Shown here: positions 13,598 to 28,426 of the stretch, piece by piece
Position numbering within the stretch: the stretch's first letter is position 1
Layout: every line of letters starts with the position of its first letter
The notes under the pieces: generated by a model
The model's database searches: none
Seen by the model: only the letters and a program-made list of their open reading frames with translations
What the model was told of the DNA's origin: nothing
NCBI GenBank assembly: GCA_951406725.2
Contig: OX597816.1
Coordinates: 19,468,001-19,532,000, forward strand
Origin: Octopus vulgaris
Lineage: Eukaryota
Reading direction: 5' to 3'
Length of the DNA stretch: 64,000 nt
Program-made: the position numbers and the translations under genes

Positions 13598-13879
13598 TTA
13601 TATTTATATTTATATACATGTTATTATGTATGTAGGTATGTGTGTCAGCCTGTCTGTTTCTGTGTATGTGTGCCTTTGTTTGTCCTAGTACTATTAATTG
13701 ACAATCGATCTTGGTCGGTTTACGTTCCCGCATCTTAGTAGTTCGGGAAAAGGGGCCGATAGAATAAGTACCGGGCTTGCAAACAATAAGTCCAGGGATC
13801 GATCTATTCTTTCGACAAGATCGCCTTTAGATGGAGCTCCCACAAGACTGCTGTCAAATGGCTGAAACAAGTATAGAAA

Positions 13880-13880
<1 letters not shown>
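13414..13880 (+). mobile_element. Remainder of the interrupted SINE family A copy
   Basis: AAGAAGCGTGCTTCTCAACAACAT..GTTCATTCCCACTGCGTG...GGTAGACGGAAAC...GGCTGAAACAAGT. Confidence 0.8.
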
Positions 13881-13912
<32 letters not shown>

Positions 13913-13918
13913 CATACA

Positions 13919-13978
<60 letters not shown>

Positions 13979-14183
13979 CATATAGATATACATAGTAAAA
14001 AGGTGATAAAATAAATTATTATTGCCGGTGATCTAGCACAAAAGACATTTTAGCCATTAGGCTATATGTTATTCATATATAAGTACATTAAAGGCATCTA
14101 AAAGAAGAAGCGAGTACTAGATACACAAAAATTGGATAAATTCTGTGAAATGAAAATTAAAAACTTTTACAAACTTGGTTCAT

Positions 14184-14253
14184 CTTATACTGCAGGTTCG
14201 TCTTCTTCAGCAGTAAATATAATTTATCTGCTAAGGCTAGACTCTTCAGTAAG
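14184..14253 (-). ncRNA. Hammerhead ribozyme copy with A15.1>C substitution
   Basis: Mirror copy of 14536-14605, but GAAA reads GAAC (position 14196). Confidence 0.75.
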
Positions 14254-14535
14254 CAGCCTTTTTTATCCTAGAAGTACATATCAATAGAAGCATGTGCGAC
14301 TCTACTGACTTGCATTCTCTAACTTTTCAGATCATTGCGCAGACGCCTTTTTATCGCCTTTTTACTATGTTTATATATTTCTCGATAAATTTTGATCGTA
14401 AGACCCTATAGCAGAACCCTCTCTGTTTGTCGGGTATGTTCTGCGTCTGCGCAATGATCTGAAAAGTTAGAGAATGCAAGTCAGTAGAGTCGCACATGCT
14501 TCTATTGATATGTACTTCTAGGATAAAAAAGGCTG

Positions 14536-14605
14536 CTTACTGAAGAGTCTAGCCTTAGCAGATAAATTATATTTACTGCTGAAAAAGACGAAACTGCAGT
14601 ATAAG
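14536..14605 (+). ncRNA. Type I hammerhead ribozyme, canonical core
   Basis: CTTA-CTGAAGA-GTCT[long stem II]AGAC-GAAA-CTGCAG-TA-TAAG. Palindromic stem III ACTGCAGT, GUA triplet, predicted cut after 14601. Confidence 0.88.
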
Positions 14606-14708
14606 ATGAACCGAGTTTGTAAACGTTTTTAATTTTCATTTCACTGAATTTATCCAATTTTTCTGTATCTAGTACTCGCTTCTTCTTTTAGATGCCTTTA
14701 ATGTACTT

Positions 14709-15270
<562 letters not shown>

Positions 15271-16110
15271 TCTACACTCACACATACATACATATTTATT
15301 AATATATGTCTATGTAAAGTTACATGCACCTTACATCCATACATTAGTTTCGTACGTGTAATTTATTTTTATATATTCTTTTATGTTTAAGTTTATCGCT
15401 TTTACATATATATACGTATATACATTTTTTTTTTGTAGCAAAGCTATTTTCTTGGCTACAACTTTCATTTTTACATTTATAAAACTCTAAGTGGCTTAAC
15501 AGGGGTGATCGCAAAAGGTTGGCTAGAAATGTGTAGTCATTATGAGCATCATCAACATTAATTTATTCCAGACAAACTGGTGCCATTTACTGGCCTAAAA
15601 ATAAAAAAAAATATATAATAAAATATTAAACCGAAATAAGCGACGGAAACAACAGCTGCGTCTAAAAATGCTATTGCTAAAACGTGAGATTCTATATTGA
15701 GTTGCTGAAAAAAATATCTTTTCATATCATCACATATGTGTTCATACGGAAAGAGCAATAACACACGATTACGTACAGTCACGTACATAAACAATACATA
15801 CTTGTACCTAGAAATATATTTGCTTTTGTCGTAAATATATTTTATGAGTTTACTACATTAACACACGTTTACAAATTCAATATACTAACATTAAAATGTG
15901 AATAATATACATATTTCCATGGATTTCCTTGCTGTGTATCGTATAATTTGTTAGTTGACATAGCAAGGAAATAGAGGGGAATTACTGGTTAATTGATTTC
16001 TTTGTTACGATAGGGTATGTTCCTTTACGAATTATAGGTCTGTTGAAGTCAGTGTCACTTCCGGGTAAATCAAAATGGTGATTTAATATAAATGGCATGT
16101 AATTACCTTA

Positions 16111-16333
16111 TGATGAGGATGAGGTTGATGGTAGTGGTGGTGTTGGTGGTAGCGGTGGTGGTTCAGGTAGTTATGATGATGACGACGATGACGATGATGA
16201 CGATGATGATGGTGATGATGGTGGTGGTGGTGGTAGTGGTGTTAGTGATGATGACGATGATGATGATAATGATGTTGATACCGACGACGACGACAATGAT
16301 GATGATGATGATGATGAAAACGATGATGATGAT
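16111..16333. repeat. (GAT/GGT/GAC)n trinucleotide repeat
   Basis: Direct inspection. Confidence 0.92.
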
Positions 16334-16359
16334 TGCAGTTCTTTGTGTCCAAATACCGT

Positions 16360-16720
16360 GAGGAAGTATCCAGTTTCACATGCGTCGTTGAGGCTGCTAC
16401 AGCCAGAACCATAAAAAACCTGGCATCTTTTCTCTCTTCTCCACCCCAACCCGATTCTCCTTGTGCCTTCTCTTAGTAATCTTAAAACGGCAGCCAATTC
16501 GTAGTATCTGATCAGACACTTTCGACTTGAAGGCCTGGCCACAGTGTTTCAGCGGGCTAGGAGGGTTGCAGTAACCAAGTCATCGGTTTCAAGCTGAAGT
16601 GACCTTCTACTAGTTGAGTTGCCTTAAAGGTCTAGAGCGCTCTACCAACTAAGGAGTTGTCAGAAAAGTATCAAATAGAGTACCAAGCCACCTGAAGGAT
16701 GACACGTCCTGATTCGCTGT
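16360..16720 (-). mobile_element. Possible RTE-like LINE 5' UTR remnant
   Basis: GC-richer block. Minus strand AAGGCAACTCAACTAGTAGAAGG resembles RTE-type 5' UTR motifs. Confidence 0.3.
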
Positions 16721-16771
16721 CGAATTTGAGTCACCTTTTATTTCCTCAAAGTACTGACAGTCAGTCTTTGT

Positions 16772-16982
16772 GCGGCGAGCTGGCAGAATCGTTAGCACGC
16801 CGGGCGAAATGCTTAGAGGTATTTCGTCTGCCGCTACGTTCTGAGTTCAAATTCCGCTGAGGTCGACTTTGCCGTTCATCCTTTCGGGGTCGATAAATTT
16901 AGTACCAGTTGCGTACTGGGGTCGATCTAATCGACTGGCCCCTCCCCCAAAATGTCGTGACTTGTGCCTACAGTAGAAAAGT
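16772..16982 (+). mobile_element. SINE family B, monomeric near-consensus copy
   Basis: GCGGCGAGCTGGCAGAATCGTTAGCACGCCGGGCG...GAGTTCAAATTCC...CTTGTGCCTACAGTAGAAAAG. Confidence 0.92.
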
Positions 16983-17639
16983 ATTTGTGCTGAGGTCTCT
17001 TGAATAGCATACTAATTCCATGTTAATTATCCTATAGTTGGGACCCTGACCTATGCTACTACTCTAGCCAGGATAGAACCTCGATTAATGGTGGCTAACA
17101 TTTATCAACTCCCTAGAACTCACGAATCAGTGCATAAGTACTCTTTATGATCGCATAAAAAACGCACAGCCATAATAAACGTACCTCAATTTTATCAGCA
17201 CTTATCAAATATGAATTGCTTTTTGATTAATTAAAGTTTATGGGAACCCCACCGTCACATAGAACCCGAGGAATTTCTTGAGACATTGCTATATAATCTA
17301 AGCACGTCTGATATGCCTTGAAATACGTTGTTCGGTAGATATTATTCGTCTATATTTAATTCTGAAGGACGCTCTTATACACATCCAAATAAAAATAAAT
17401 AACAACAACATAAACAAGTATGTAACTCATACTTAAATGGGAGCGTATACTCAATGTCTCTGAACGTAATTATGGAATTGCATCACAAGTGCAACTCAAT
17501 CAAAAACTGCGAGAGAAAAAGGATTCCGCATAAGCCATTAACGGAAAATTGTGAATAATTTTCATATTCATTTCAAATTTTGGCATGTCTTGTAATTCTG
17601 AGAAATGGCATGATTCCTTCATATAGAGTCCATTAAGCA

Positions 17640-17780
17640 ATTGGTACTTTTTTTTATCGACTCCGAAAAGTTCAAATGCACAGTCAGACAAGCGGATTTC
17701 AACTCAGAACGTAAAAACGGACGAAATACTGCCAAGCATTTCGCCCAGCATACTAATGATTCTGCAAGCTCTCCGCCTTA
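17640..17780 (-). mobile_element. SINE family B, degenerate
   Basis: TGGTACTT...ATCGACTCCGAAA...AACTCAGAACGTAA...GCTCTCCGCC. Confidence 0.75.
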
Positions 17781-19775
17781 GGACAATATTGATGCTCTTT
17801 TTCACTGTAGGCACAAGATATGAAATTTAGGGGAAGGGTCATTTGAGTACACTTTTAAAAAAAAATTTCCCCGCTTAATAATGAAGAATGAATAATTATT
17901 TCCAGAGACGATTTAAAATTGCTTTTGTATTTATGAACTTCTCTTTCACCAGACATAATTCCATTATCTTCCATTCCTGAAACTTGGCACATATTTCTGA
18001 AAAGTGTATAGAAATATTAGATAATATCAAGTGCAAGATTTTCCTAAAAATATTATTTATATATATATATCTGATGCATACATTCGAAAGCTTTTCAACG
18101 AAAATTTATTGAGTGTGTGTATGTGTGTTTATGTATATATATATGTATATCTATAAGCATGTATTTACGTGTCCGCGTGTGTGTATAAATTGAAAAGTGG
18201 TGCATAGATGGATATGATTTTCATCTTCACTAATTCGTAAACATTTTTATATTTTAAAGGTCAAAAGATGTATCTGCAATCACCAACAAACCTTTGAATC
18301 AGATCTGCCGTTTGTCAATCTTATATAACATTGGAACTGTAATTTTATTTTCTCTTTTTCATTGTAAATGTCAATCACCAGGTATCAAACGTGTTTGTAG
18401 AAAGACGTGATTGGCTGTTCCGATGTAAATTATATTAATGCCTGCCACTAGCAAATACCTTCCGCGAAAAAGAAACAAAAGGGTTTTTTTTCCTTTAAGA
18501 ATGCATATTGAATTTTATATTAAATTTATTTATCTCGATTGTCATGTTATGCCATATTGGAGAATTTCTACAAAGTGGCAAGTGTAATCTTTTTATGTTT
18601 ATGAAGCTAAGAAAGACATTTCTAATAATAAATAATGGAGATTTAAAGTGTTTGCTATTCAGTACCCGATGACCTACGCAAAATAAACAAAATATTTGTT
18701 ATTCACAATTCTGTGCTATTTCGCTTAGATCCCATTTTATAATCTTCCACATTCAACTGAGCTTCATATTTCATACCCTCTTTCATTCATACGTAATTGC
18801 GTGTGAACTAATCAAATACTGCTTCATAAAAATGTTCCCTGCCTATAAGATATAAGTTGTAACGAACCTACATCGTCGATCGACCTGTTAATTTTAGAAT
18901 ACGAATCTTCTTCAAATTATATGGTGATTCTTCATAGAGTGACTACTTCATTGCTGTGTAATCTGCTCACACGCAACCATTCGGTATATTCTTGGGTTGT
19001 ATATCCTTGATCATCTGGGGCTAAACCATAACTGCAATAATAATGAATACCTCTAAAGCAAAAATATTTCCTGGTAACAACGTATAGGATTATCTCTTAA
19101 TCATAAAAATTATATGTTCTGAGGGATATTTTTTAATTCGTTGCTTTTATTTTGTGATCTACTAGGGTTTTCTCACAAATGTTTTTGTTTCCTTTCGATA
19201 AATAAGGGAAAGAAACTACACGTTAGTGCAGTATATGTAGGTGTGTTTGCCTTTTTTGAATTCTGTTACTATTTTATATGCATAAATATATTACAATTTT
19301 CTCCACATAAGGAAATACATATGTAGATGAAATAATTGCTGTTTTGACCTCAAGGTTGGGGCCTTGTACGAGTTTTGTAATAAAATAATCGTTGTCAAGT
19401 TGTCAAACTTTTTAAATATTTAACATATATGTAAAGTATTATAATTACAGCACCACCACTCGCATCCTGAATCACATTTTATTTGATAATTTAAATATAT
19501 TTCGTATATATGGAACGTAAGCAAACGGATGAATTCATTTTTTTTTTATTAAAGTTCCACTGATCCGTGGAATAGATATTCAGTTCAAAAATATTGATGT
19601 TGTTTTGCTAGATATTCTTAATTACAGAATTTGAAATACAGATAGTCCTGATGTTACATCGTGTCTATCTTTCAAAAGCTTACTAACACGATTCTGTAAT
19701 TTAGTCGAGTTCAAAGTATATAAGAACACTACATGGTGATTATCTATATCATATCTTACCATTCTATAACACATC

Positions 19776-19842
<67 letters not shown>

Positions 19843-20414
19843 CATATACACATATTCACGCACTTACATATATGCGTAAAAATACTTTGAGCGATATATT
19901 ACGATTAGTATTTTATCAATAAATCCAATTTTTCTCTATTCATTACGAGCTGGAAATTATACACTGTAACATTCCTGAGTCGTGATACCGATGCTTCACA
20001 TTAAATGAGTTGATGTCATAAGGATTTTTTTCCTAGAAAGCAATTAGTTGTATAAGTTTAGATATATATATATATAAAAATCAACAGGATTGGTTATGTG
20101 ATTTCAGCATGGTGTTTACCTGTATTACATATATAAGTAGTAATTAGCAAATATGCTATGCAGTGCATTGGGGCTAATATATTATGTATGAATCCAATTT
20201 AGTCTATTCATTCGGTGGTATTCATTGGAAAAATATACACCTCCTGGCGTCATTATATATTAACAATGACAATCAAAACTTCATATCAAAACCATGTAAA
20301 TTATATTGCCGAATTTCAGAGCTGATATTAAATATGAAGCAAAACTTGGTTTCTACTATTGAAGATTATTCAAAAGAATTTGTGTAAAATTTTACCCAGA
20401 TAAAATATTCTATA

Positions 20415-20630
20415 CTCTTTTACTCTTTTATTTGTTTCAGTCATTTGACTGCGGCCATGCTGGAGCACTGCCTTTAGTCGAGCAAATCGACACCAGGATT
20501 TATTCTTTTGTAAGCCTAGTATTTATTCTATCGTTATCTTTTGCTGAACCGCTAAGTTACAGGGACGTAAACACACCAGTATCGGTTGTCAAGCGATGTT
20601 GGGGAAACAAACACAGACACACAAACACAC

Positions 20631-20679
<49 letters not shown>

Positions 20680-21035
20680 GGGAGAGTTCACAAAAAAAAG
20701 AAAACAAAACACGAAGACAGGTGGTGTACAAAACAAACAGATGCATTTGTATAACGCTCAGGAATAGATAAAGTATTTTATGTTTCTACAGAAAGGGACA
20801 CAGAAAAAAATCAAGGAGAGAAACAAGGAGGAAAAATGTGTGTAGTGGCTACCGATCTATCATACATATATACGACGGGCTTCTTTCTGTTTCCGTCTAC
20901 CAAATCCACTCGCAAGGCTTTGGTCAGTCCGAGGCTATAGTAGAATACACTTGCCCATGTTGCCATGCAGTTTGACTGAACCCAGAACTATGTGGTTGCT
21001 AAGCATGCTACTTACCACACAGCCACTCCTGCACC
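20415..21035 (-). mobile_element. SINE family A with a nested insertion in its microsatellite
   Basis: Tail 20415-20625 and head 20872-21035, with a foreign segment at 20679-20862. Confidence 0.9.
20679..20862 (-). mobile_element. Penelope-like pLTR-type fragment, hammerhead stem II deleted
   Basis: Related to 51167-51370. Minus strand CTTT-CTGTAGAA|ACATA-AAA lacks GAGCGTAGGCTCGAA. Confidence 0.7.
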
Positions 21036-21814
21036 TTCTATGTCAATATTAAACACATGAATGCATAACAAACACTTTCTAAACGCACGCCTCCTCGCAC
21101 ACACGAAAACTATGTAAAATTTCAAAAGTATTTCGGTTATATGTAATTCACAGTATAAATGAGCAAAGCATACTATATTATATTACATATATGATAGCTT
21201 CCTAATGTGAAACTGTTCGGAATCTGCTGGACCCCGAATCGTATGAATTCGCGAATAGATTTTCATCAGCATAAACACAAGCACAGTCTTGGACACATAT
21301 TAATACATGTAAAAATAACCAGTTGTTCGAACAAAAATATGTGTGCATGTACATAAGGAGAGAGTGTCAGGTGTACTTTGCTTTTGATGGCAGACACAAA
21401 TCATCGCTCGGTTTAACACAGTGGTCTTACAACACGACTACTTTTCGTATGACAAATATCGTGGAAAGTTCTCTTGTTTGAGTAGATCTCACTCAATTCC
21501 ACACGCCCAAGTTACCTATTGAAGTGACATTCGAAATGCCTTCCATTTCGAGTAATTATATGTGTGTGCATATGTGTCTCTATGTATGCATACGTGTGGG
21601 CATGAATATATAAACTTTCTCACGTTATATTTACGTATTTTTCACTCGTTGTTTGCGTCCTTTTCATATTATCTTTTGGTATTTTATTCTGTACTAATCC
21701 CCCATATGTATACGTGTTTTTCGCTAGTTTGTGATGTCCTGTCTTAATGTGTATTATTTATTCATATATAATCGAACACCACATAGCCTCGTCTAGAGTA
21801 ACGTTTATATATAT

Positions 21815-22300
21815 AGGTCAACACTCTGCGACCAAACATTGTCTTCGTGTCTGAATCCACCAAGCAAGTGGTACTGCTGGTGTTGACGGCCCCATGCGAA
21901 GATCGCCTGGAAGACGCTTTTGAGAGAAATATCTTCAAGTACACGGGTCTGGTCAGTGACTGCCAGCGGGTTGGTTGGAGAGCGAGTTGTCTCCCAGTGG
22001 AGGTTGGATGCAAGTGTCTCGCAGCCCGTTCCCTGAACACAGCCTTCAGCTTTTTTGAGATCGGGGGAGTGAGAATTAGAAGGGCCATCCGCAGTACTCC
22101 CGATGCAGCAGAGAGGGCCTCAAGATGGCTGTGGATCAAAAGAGGTAAACATTGGGTTAGTTAGCTGGCCAACTGGACACAAACTGGGGTTTGATCAGCT
22201 CCAGCTGGGTCACCTGTAGGAGGACGTATGATGTTGAAAGATCCGAAACACCCGATGATACCAGGTACATTACCGAAGATATGTACAGATGCATCAGTCA
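21815..22300 (+). mobile_element. 5'-truncated R2-group (Hero-like) element: restriction-like endonuclease domain and 3' UTR
   Basis: TLRPNIVFVSESTKQVVLLVLTAPCEDRLEDAFERNIFKYTGLVSDC...PVEVGC...AAERASRWLWIKR. The PD..ELT..K.KY motifs are decayed. Stop at 22164. Confidence 0.85.
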
Positions 22301-23129
22301 TTGATGTATGCACACAACGAATATATATATATAATGTATAAGTATACATAGTACATGCACACAAACACTATATAAGTGGGTGTGGTTGCGTCCGTGTGTG
22401 TGTTTCTGTGTGTATATTTAATGTATATAAATATATATGGTGTGCGTATGTTTAAACTTACAAATGTCTCGTTATTAATGTATGCAAAAATACAGCTTGT
22501 GACACTTTATTATTCCAGACTTGATTATGTCAGACTTTGCATATTAGTAGAAATTTGCTCTCCCAAAACTTGTTCCAGACATTTCTTCCCTCTATAACGC
22601 TTATTATCGTTATATCTAATTATTCTTTTCGTAGATTCATTATAAAATATTCCTTGGCTGTTCTGAATGCTATCGACACATTAGTATAGATTATACGAGA
22701 TAAAGCCAAGTTTCGTAAGTCTATAATTACTTATTGATTAAGAAATCGCTAAAACATATTCATTTACGTCTTAAAACAATTGGAATCACTGCAAATTGTC
22801 ACTCTGAATTAATTGCTATAACATTATTTTTCAATTGCATTCATGAAAAACGTAGTTATGTTGTGTTCTTGCTCTGAATGGAAGTAAAATAACATTTATT
22901 TGTGCGAGACAATATTCATATTATAATATGTTTTGTCTCTTGCTTTTTTTCCCAATCTCATCCATATTATCTTGTAAGGTTAATAACCTACATACATCGG
23001 TACGCATATGTATGTGTTTTGTAATTGTGTGTTGTGCGTGTATGCGGCATGTGTGTGTGCTGTGTGTACAACTGAAATCATTACCAAATTTAAAGATTGA
23101 TAACTTGCATCATTGTGGAACATAAGACA

Positions 23130-23610
23130 TCGAGGATTTTTTTTCCATTTCTTCTAGCCTCCGAGGTATCTCCCCTGTTTCTTCCCATTTGGCTGCCAGC
23201 CCTTTCATCTCCATTCAAGACTTTGGATCTGGGGATCTCCATTTCCAGCGACTCCGAGGGCCACCTCCCAGTGGTGTCCGGCATCAAAGAAGAGCCCTCG
23301 ACTACAATAAGACGACCAAAGTTTTTTTTCAAGGTCTGGGGTCAGCCGCCCCTAAGCCCTAGACCATCATCTAATCACACTTACCCATCTTGTTGCTTAA
23401 CAACAACAAGCTCCACCGCAGTATCTATTTCCATCTATTCTTTAGGTTGTCTTCCATCCTACCTCCTTTGTCTATATACATTTACCCAAGAGAAGCTTTT
23501 CTTTTCGCACGTCATTGATACCTTTATAGCTTTACTTCTATTTCCAGATAGTCTTCATGTTCCTCTGCAAACCCACATTGTATTCTGGGAAGAGGGGTCC
23601 ACATTAGCCT
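23130..23610 (-). mobile_element. Possible decayed retroelement fragment
   Basis: GC-richer, purine-rich minus strand with IVVEG. Family not resolved. Confidence 0.25.
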
Positions 23611-24339
23611 AACATCAAACCACTGAACCGTTCAGAATAAACAGCACCGTTGACAAAACACCAGGTTTCTCTGAAGGCCTGAATCCGATACAACCAAACA
23701 CAGAAATCATTAGACTGAATTACATATTCACCGCGATTTAAACACAGGTATTACAATACATATTGCAATATTTATGTATATTAGATTGTAACTTGAATTT
23801 GGCTATTTATAATAAATTTGAAATTTATGTACTTTAGCGAACAAACACGAACAAATCAATTTTCTTCATTGTCATTTAATAATTCGATATTTAATTTGCA
23901 AGTTCAATATTTTTTTTAAATATCTAGTGAATAGAAAATAGTCGAAACGATTTCTTTTATATTCAGTAATAAAATGTATTTAAATTAAATATTACAATAT
24001 CCGCAGTCAAGCAATGAGGCGTCACAACGTATAATTTCAGACGCTTTCCAGGCAACAACAATATCTGAACTAAAAATGAAGATATATTACTGGAAGAATA
24101 TCATTCCTCTAAAGAAACAGTTAATATACATCAGCAGCAATTGGGTTTATTGTACGTTTCTCATCACAATTATTTTGTTCAGTTGTGATAAAGTTTGGAT
24201 ATTCATCTTTGGTCTCGGGGAAGAACATACTCCTGGTCGAGGAAAAAAAAAGTAAATGAAGAGATCTCGGTTTCAAATATTTGGCAAAAGGACGATGGAT
24301 TTAAAAGAAGTATAACTTCATTATATTACACTAGCAAAA

Positions 24340-24730
24340 GCGGTGAGATGGCAGAAACGTTATCACGCCGGGCAAAATGCGTAGCTGTATTTCGCCTGTC
24401 GTTACGTTCTGAGTTCAAATTCCGCCGAGGTCGACTTTGCCTTTCATTGTTTCGGGGTCGATAAATTAAGTACCAGTTACGCACTGGGGTCGATGTAATC
24501 GACTTAATCCCTTTGTCTGTCTTTGTTTATCCCTTCTGTGTTTAGCGCCTTGTGGGTAGTAAAGAAATATATATTACACTAGCATACAGCTGACACATAT
24601 GCTATCGACCGTGAAAAGGTGAAAAACTAAGTAATACTCGGCATGATTTGCACTCCAAACGTAAAGACGGATGAAATACCGTTAAGCACCTTACTCAACG
24701 TCTTAATGAATCGGCCAGCTCACCACCTTC
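24340..24730. mobile_element. Two SINE family B copies, tail to tail (+ 24340-24570; - 24605-24730)
   Basis: Matches to family B in opposite orientations. Confidence 0.78.
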
Positions 24731-26060
24731 AACAAAAATATCAAAGTTTGAACAATTATTGCGGATGTGAATATCAATTACTAAGAAGTATAGTCGTAAA
24801 TTATGATGTAATTTGAATTCAGGTCTAGAGATGGGAATTCAGATTCGCTTGATCTTCTTAACAAATACAACAAAATAGTGAGTTGGCACATTTAGATATA
24901 GGTATGGCTGCATACTTTCATGCTTGTATGTCTCAGGCGTGTACAGACGTAAATGTATACAGATCTATGCGCAATCAATATTATGGAGTCATATATGGAA
25001 TTATAATTAAATACACACACTCAAGCACATTCTCACCATTCTGAGCAGTATAGATTTTTAAATTGTTTATCGAAATAAAGATTATGAAATCGTCATAAGA
25101 TTTGCTCGGACAGACGTTGGTTGGAAATACAAAATACAACATTTCGGGCCTAGTGCCTAGTGTAGAAATGATTAATATAGTGGTGCTTTTCTCTAGATAT
25201 CCGTGTAGTAAATCGCACCAGCAATGCTCTTTCAAAAGTATTAATAACAATCACACATTTGTCACAGGTTTGACTCGGGCAAGTTCATGAGAAATATCAA
25301 GATATATCCGCTACAGATACTGCACGGTGAAAGTTGTGTAATTATTTCTTCATGAAGAGCTCCCCGAAATTGCATTTATTTCAGTACGGTACGCTCTTGT
25401 TATGGCAAAGACTAGAAATTTGCATCTTATACATTGCAAAAAAAAAACACCAAGACATGAGAACATGTAAAGCATTAGCTCCCCTTGTTGGAGAATAACA
25501 ACATTTTAAGCAAAAAAGAAAAAAAAACATTCTACTAGTGTAATATATGTATGTGTAATAATTAATGGCCAGCTGACATTTTAAACTTAACGCTCCTTTA
25601 TATAAGCAGTAAATTATATCAGAAAATAAACATCTAAAATATGTTTTAAAACGTTGTGTATTTATTGAAGAAATTATTACTCTGGTTATAATAAACTTGA
25701 AAGAACAGCTATTTGAAGCGAAGTGTCAATGACTTAATATAGCTGCTTGTATACCTGAAAATTAGTGTTCGTTTATTAGCGTTTTTCAGATAATTTACTT
25801 CGTCTGTAAAATATTTTGAAATACGTTAAATGGATGATATGGCGGAATTTTGTTACGGAAAATGAGATAAAATCAAAACAAAAACATGTAAAAGTTTTAA
25901 AACAGAAATAACTTTAAACAGTTTCGACTAGTTGCTGCAAAATATTACACGATATTACAGCTTCGTTTATATCAAACATTCCGTTAATTTCAAGATGAAA
26001 GATTATTGCTCAGACGGAATGTTATTTATACATTCGAACTCCAAGTTAGTATGCAGGTAT

Positions 26061-26550
<490 letters not shown>

Positions 26551-26811
26551 ACCAGATACTAAATATAAAAAAATTGCGTCAGTTCAACAGTAGATAGCCA
26601 CGAGGAGTTAGTTGCTAAATGATAGCAAGTAGAAAGATATATGATAGGATGTCAGTCAGAATATGAGTTATGTGAAAGGAAAATAAACAGGAAATATAAA
26701 CATAAATATTCCTAGCGTAGTCCATATACATATACTCACGTATGCCTGCTTCATTAATACACACACACATACACATAAATGTATACATGTATATATATAT
26801 ATATATATATA

Positions 26812-26910
<99 letters not shown>

Positions 26911-26983
26911 GCAGCTGTCGTTGTCAATCGCGTCTTTGACATGGTTGTGTCCGTCCGTGATATTTATTGCGTGTGTAATTGTT

Positions 26984-27014
<31 letters not shown>

Positions 27015-27123
27015 TTGTGTGTGGGTGCGTGACTGTACGAGTATGTGTATGAAAGTGCAAATATGCACACATCTATACAGTGAGTGAAGGAGTGATCGAA
27101 AGAGAAGAAGCGGTAGAAAAAAG

Positions 27124-27197
<74 letters not shown>

Positions 27198-27199
<2 letters not shown>

Positions 27200-27533
27200 G
27201 GGGAGCATCATAGCCATGTGTTGAGAGGGACTCTTTGGGGTTTGAATAATTCACCTCTGGAAACATGGGTGGTTCTTTCAACATTCTTAAACAACCCTTA
27301 TTCAGGGACCTTTTGAGCTGGATGGGCTACTCAACCTGAAGAAAATTCTAACTGGGCCCCACTTGCAAGGTCATGTGCTGTTGATCTTGATATGAGATCA
27401 CAATATCGCGCACATATGGTTGTGATGCATGTGCCTGGTGTACACTTATCAGACGGGTAGTCATGATGGGTATATTGGGCTTCGTATATTTTACCCCAGT
27501 GTCACTTTGATGGCATGAACTGCTCTCTCACTC
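27198..27533 (+). mobile_element. Non-coding retroelement 3' segment inserted in (AAT)n
   Basis: Same family as 47372-47966 (-). (AAT)n on both sides and 5'-truncated relative to the other copy. Confidence 0.8.
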
Positions 27534-27597
<64 letters not shown>

Positions 27598-27938
27598 GAA
27601 GAAGAAGAAGAAGAAGAAGAAGAAGAAGAAGAAGAAGGAGGAGGAGGAGGAGGAGGAGGAGGAGGAGAAGAAGTAGAAGAAGAAGAAGAAGAAGAAGAAG
27701 AAGAAGAAGAAGAAGAAGAAGAAGAAGAAGAAGAAGAAGAAGAAGAAGAAGAAGCAGACGAAAAAGAAGAAGAAGAAGAAGCAGAAAAATAAGAAGAAAA
27801 TGAGGAAGAAGAAAAAGAAAAAGAAAAAGAAGAAGAGGAAGAGGAAGAAGAAGAAGAAGAAGAAGAAGAAGAAGAAGAAGAAGAAGAAGAAGAAGAAGAA
27901 GAAGAAGAAGAAGAAGAAGAAGAAGAAGAAAAAGAAGA
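27534..27938. repeat. (AAT)n followed by ~340-bp (GAA/GGA)n polypurine tract
   Basis: Direct inspection. Confidence 0.95.
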
Positions 27939-28426
27939 CATGTGTATTTGATGAAACGCACTGAAGAAATAGAGGCTGAGGCACAATAAGTAGTGTCAAT
28001 ATCTTCCAGATCTAGATATTTCTGTATAGCAAAAAAAATGTAAAATTGTGATTCAGAGACACAGTGATATATGATGTATAAACGAGGCCATAAAATAGAC
28101 AAATAAATCACTGTCATACGTCCATTTAGTATGTACGCATATGTGGCTAATCTACATATAAATTGATGCGCGTAGGGTAAACAAAAATTACTCAGCCATA
28201 GTGTATATATAAACTCCGCACTTCTACAAGAGAAAGTTCGACAACTTCCAACTGAATGTGACTTGCTTAGAACATTTGGAATGCTTTTCATTCCAATGCA
28301 CATGTATATATATAAAGAATATAGTTTCTGATTACCATGTGATGGCGTATACTCAGCCAATCTGTTCACTTGCGATGCAGATCAATTCGATGAGACCTAG
28401 TAATCCAACAAATAAAAACTAATTGC

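Noticed and set aside
27491-28369. 292-aa poly-Leu ORF
   Set aside because: Arises from (TTC)n/(TTA)n repeats.
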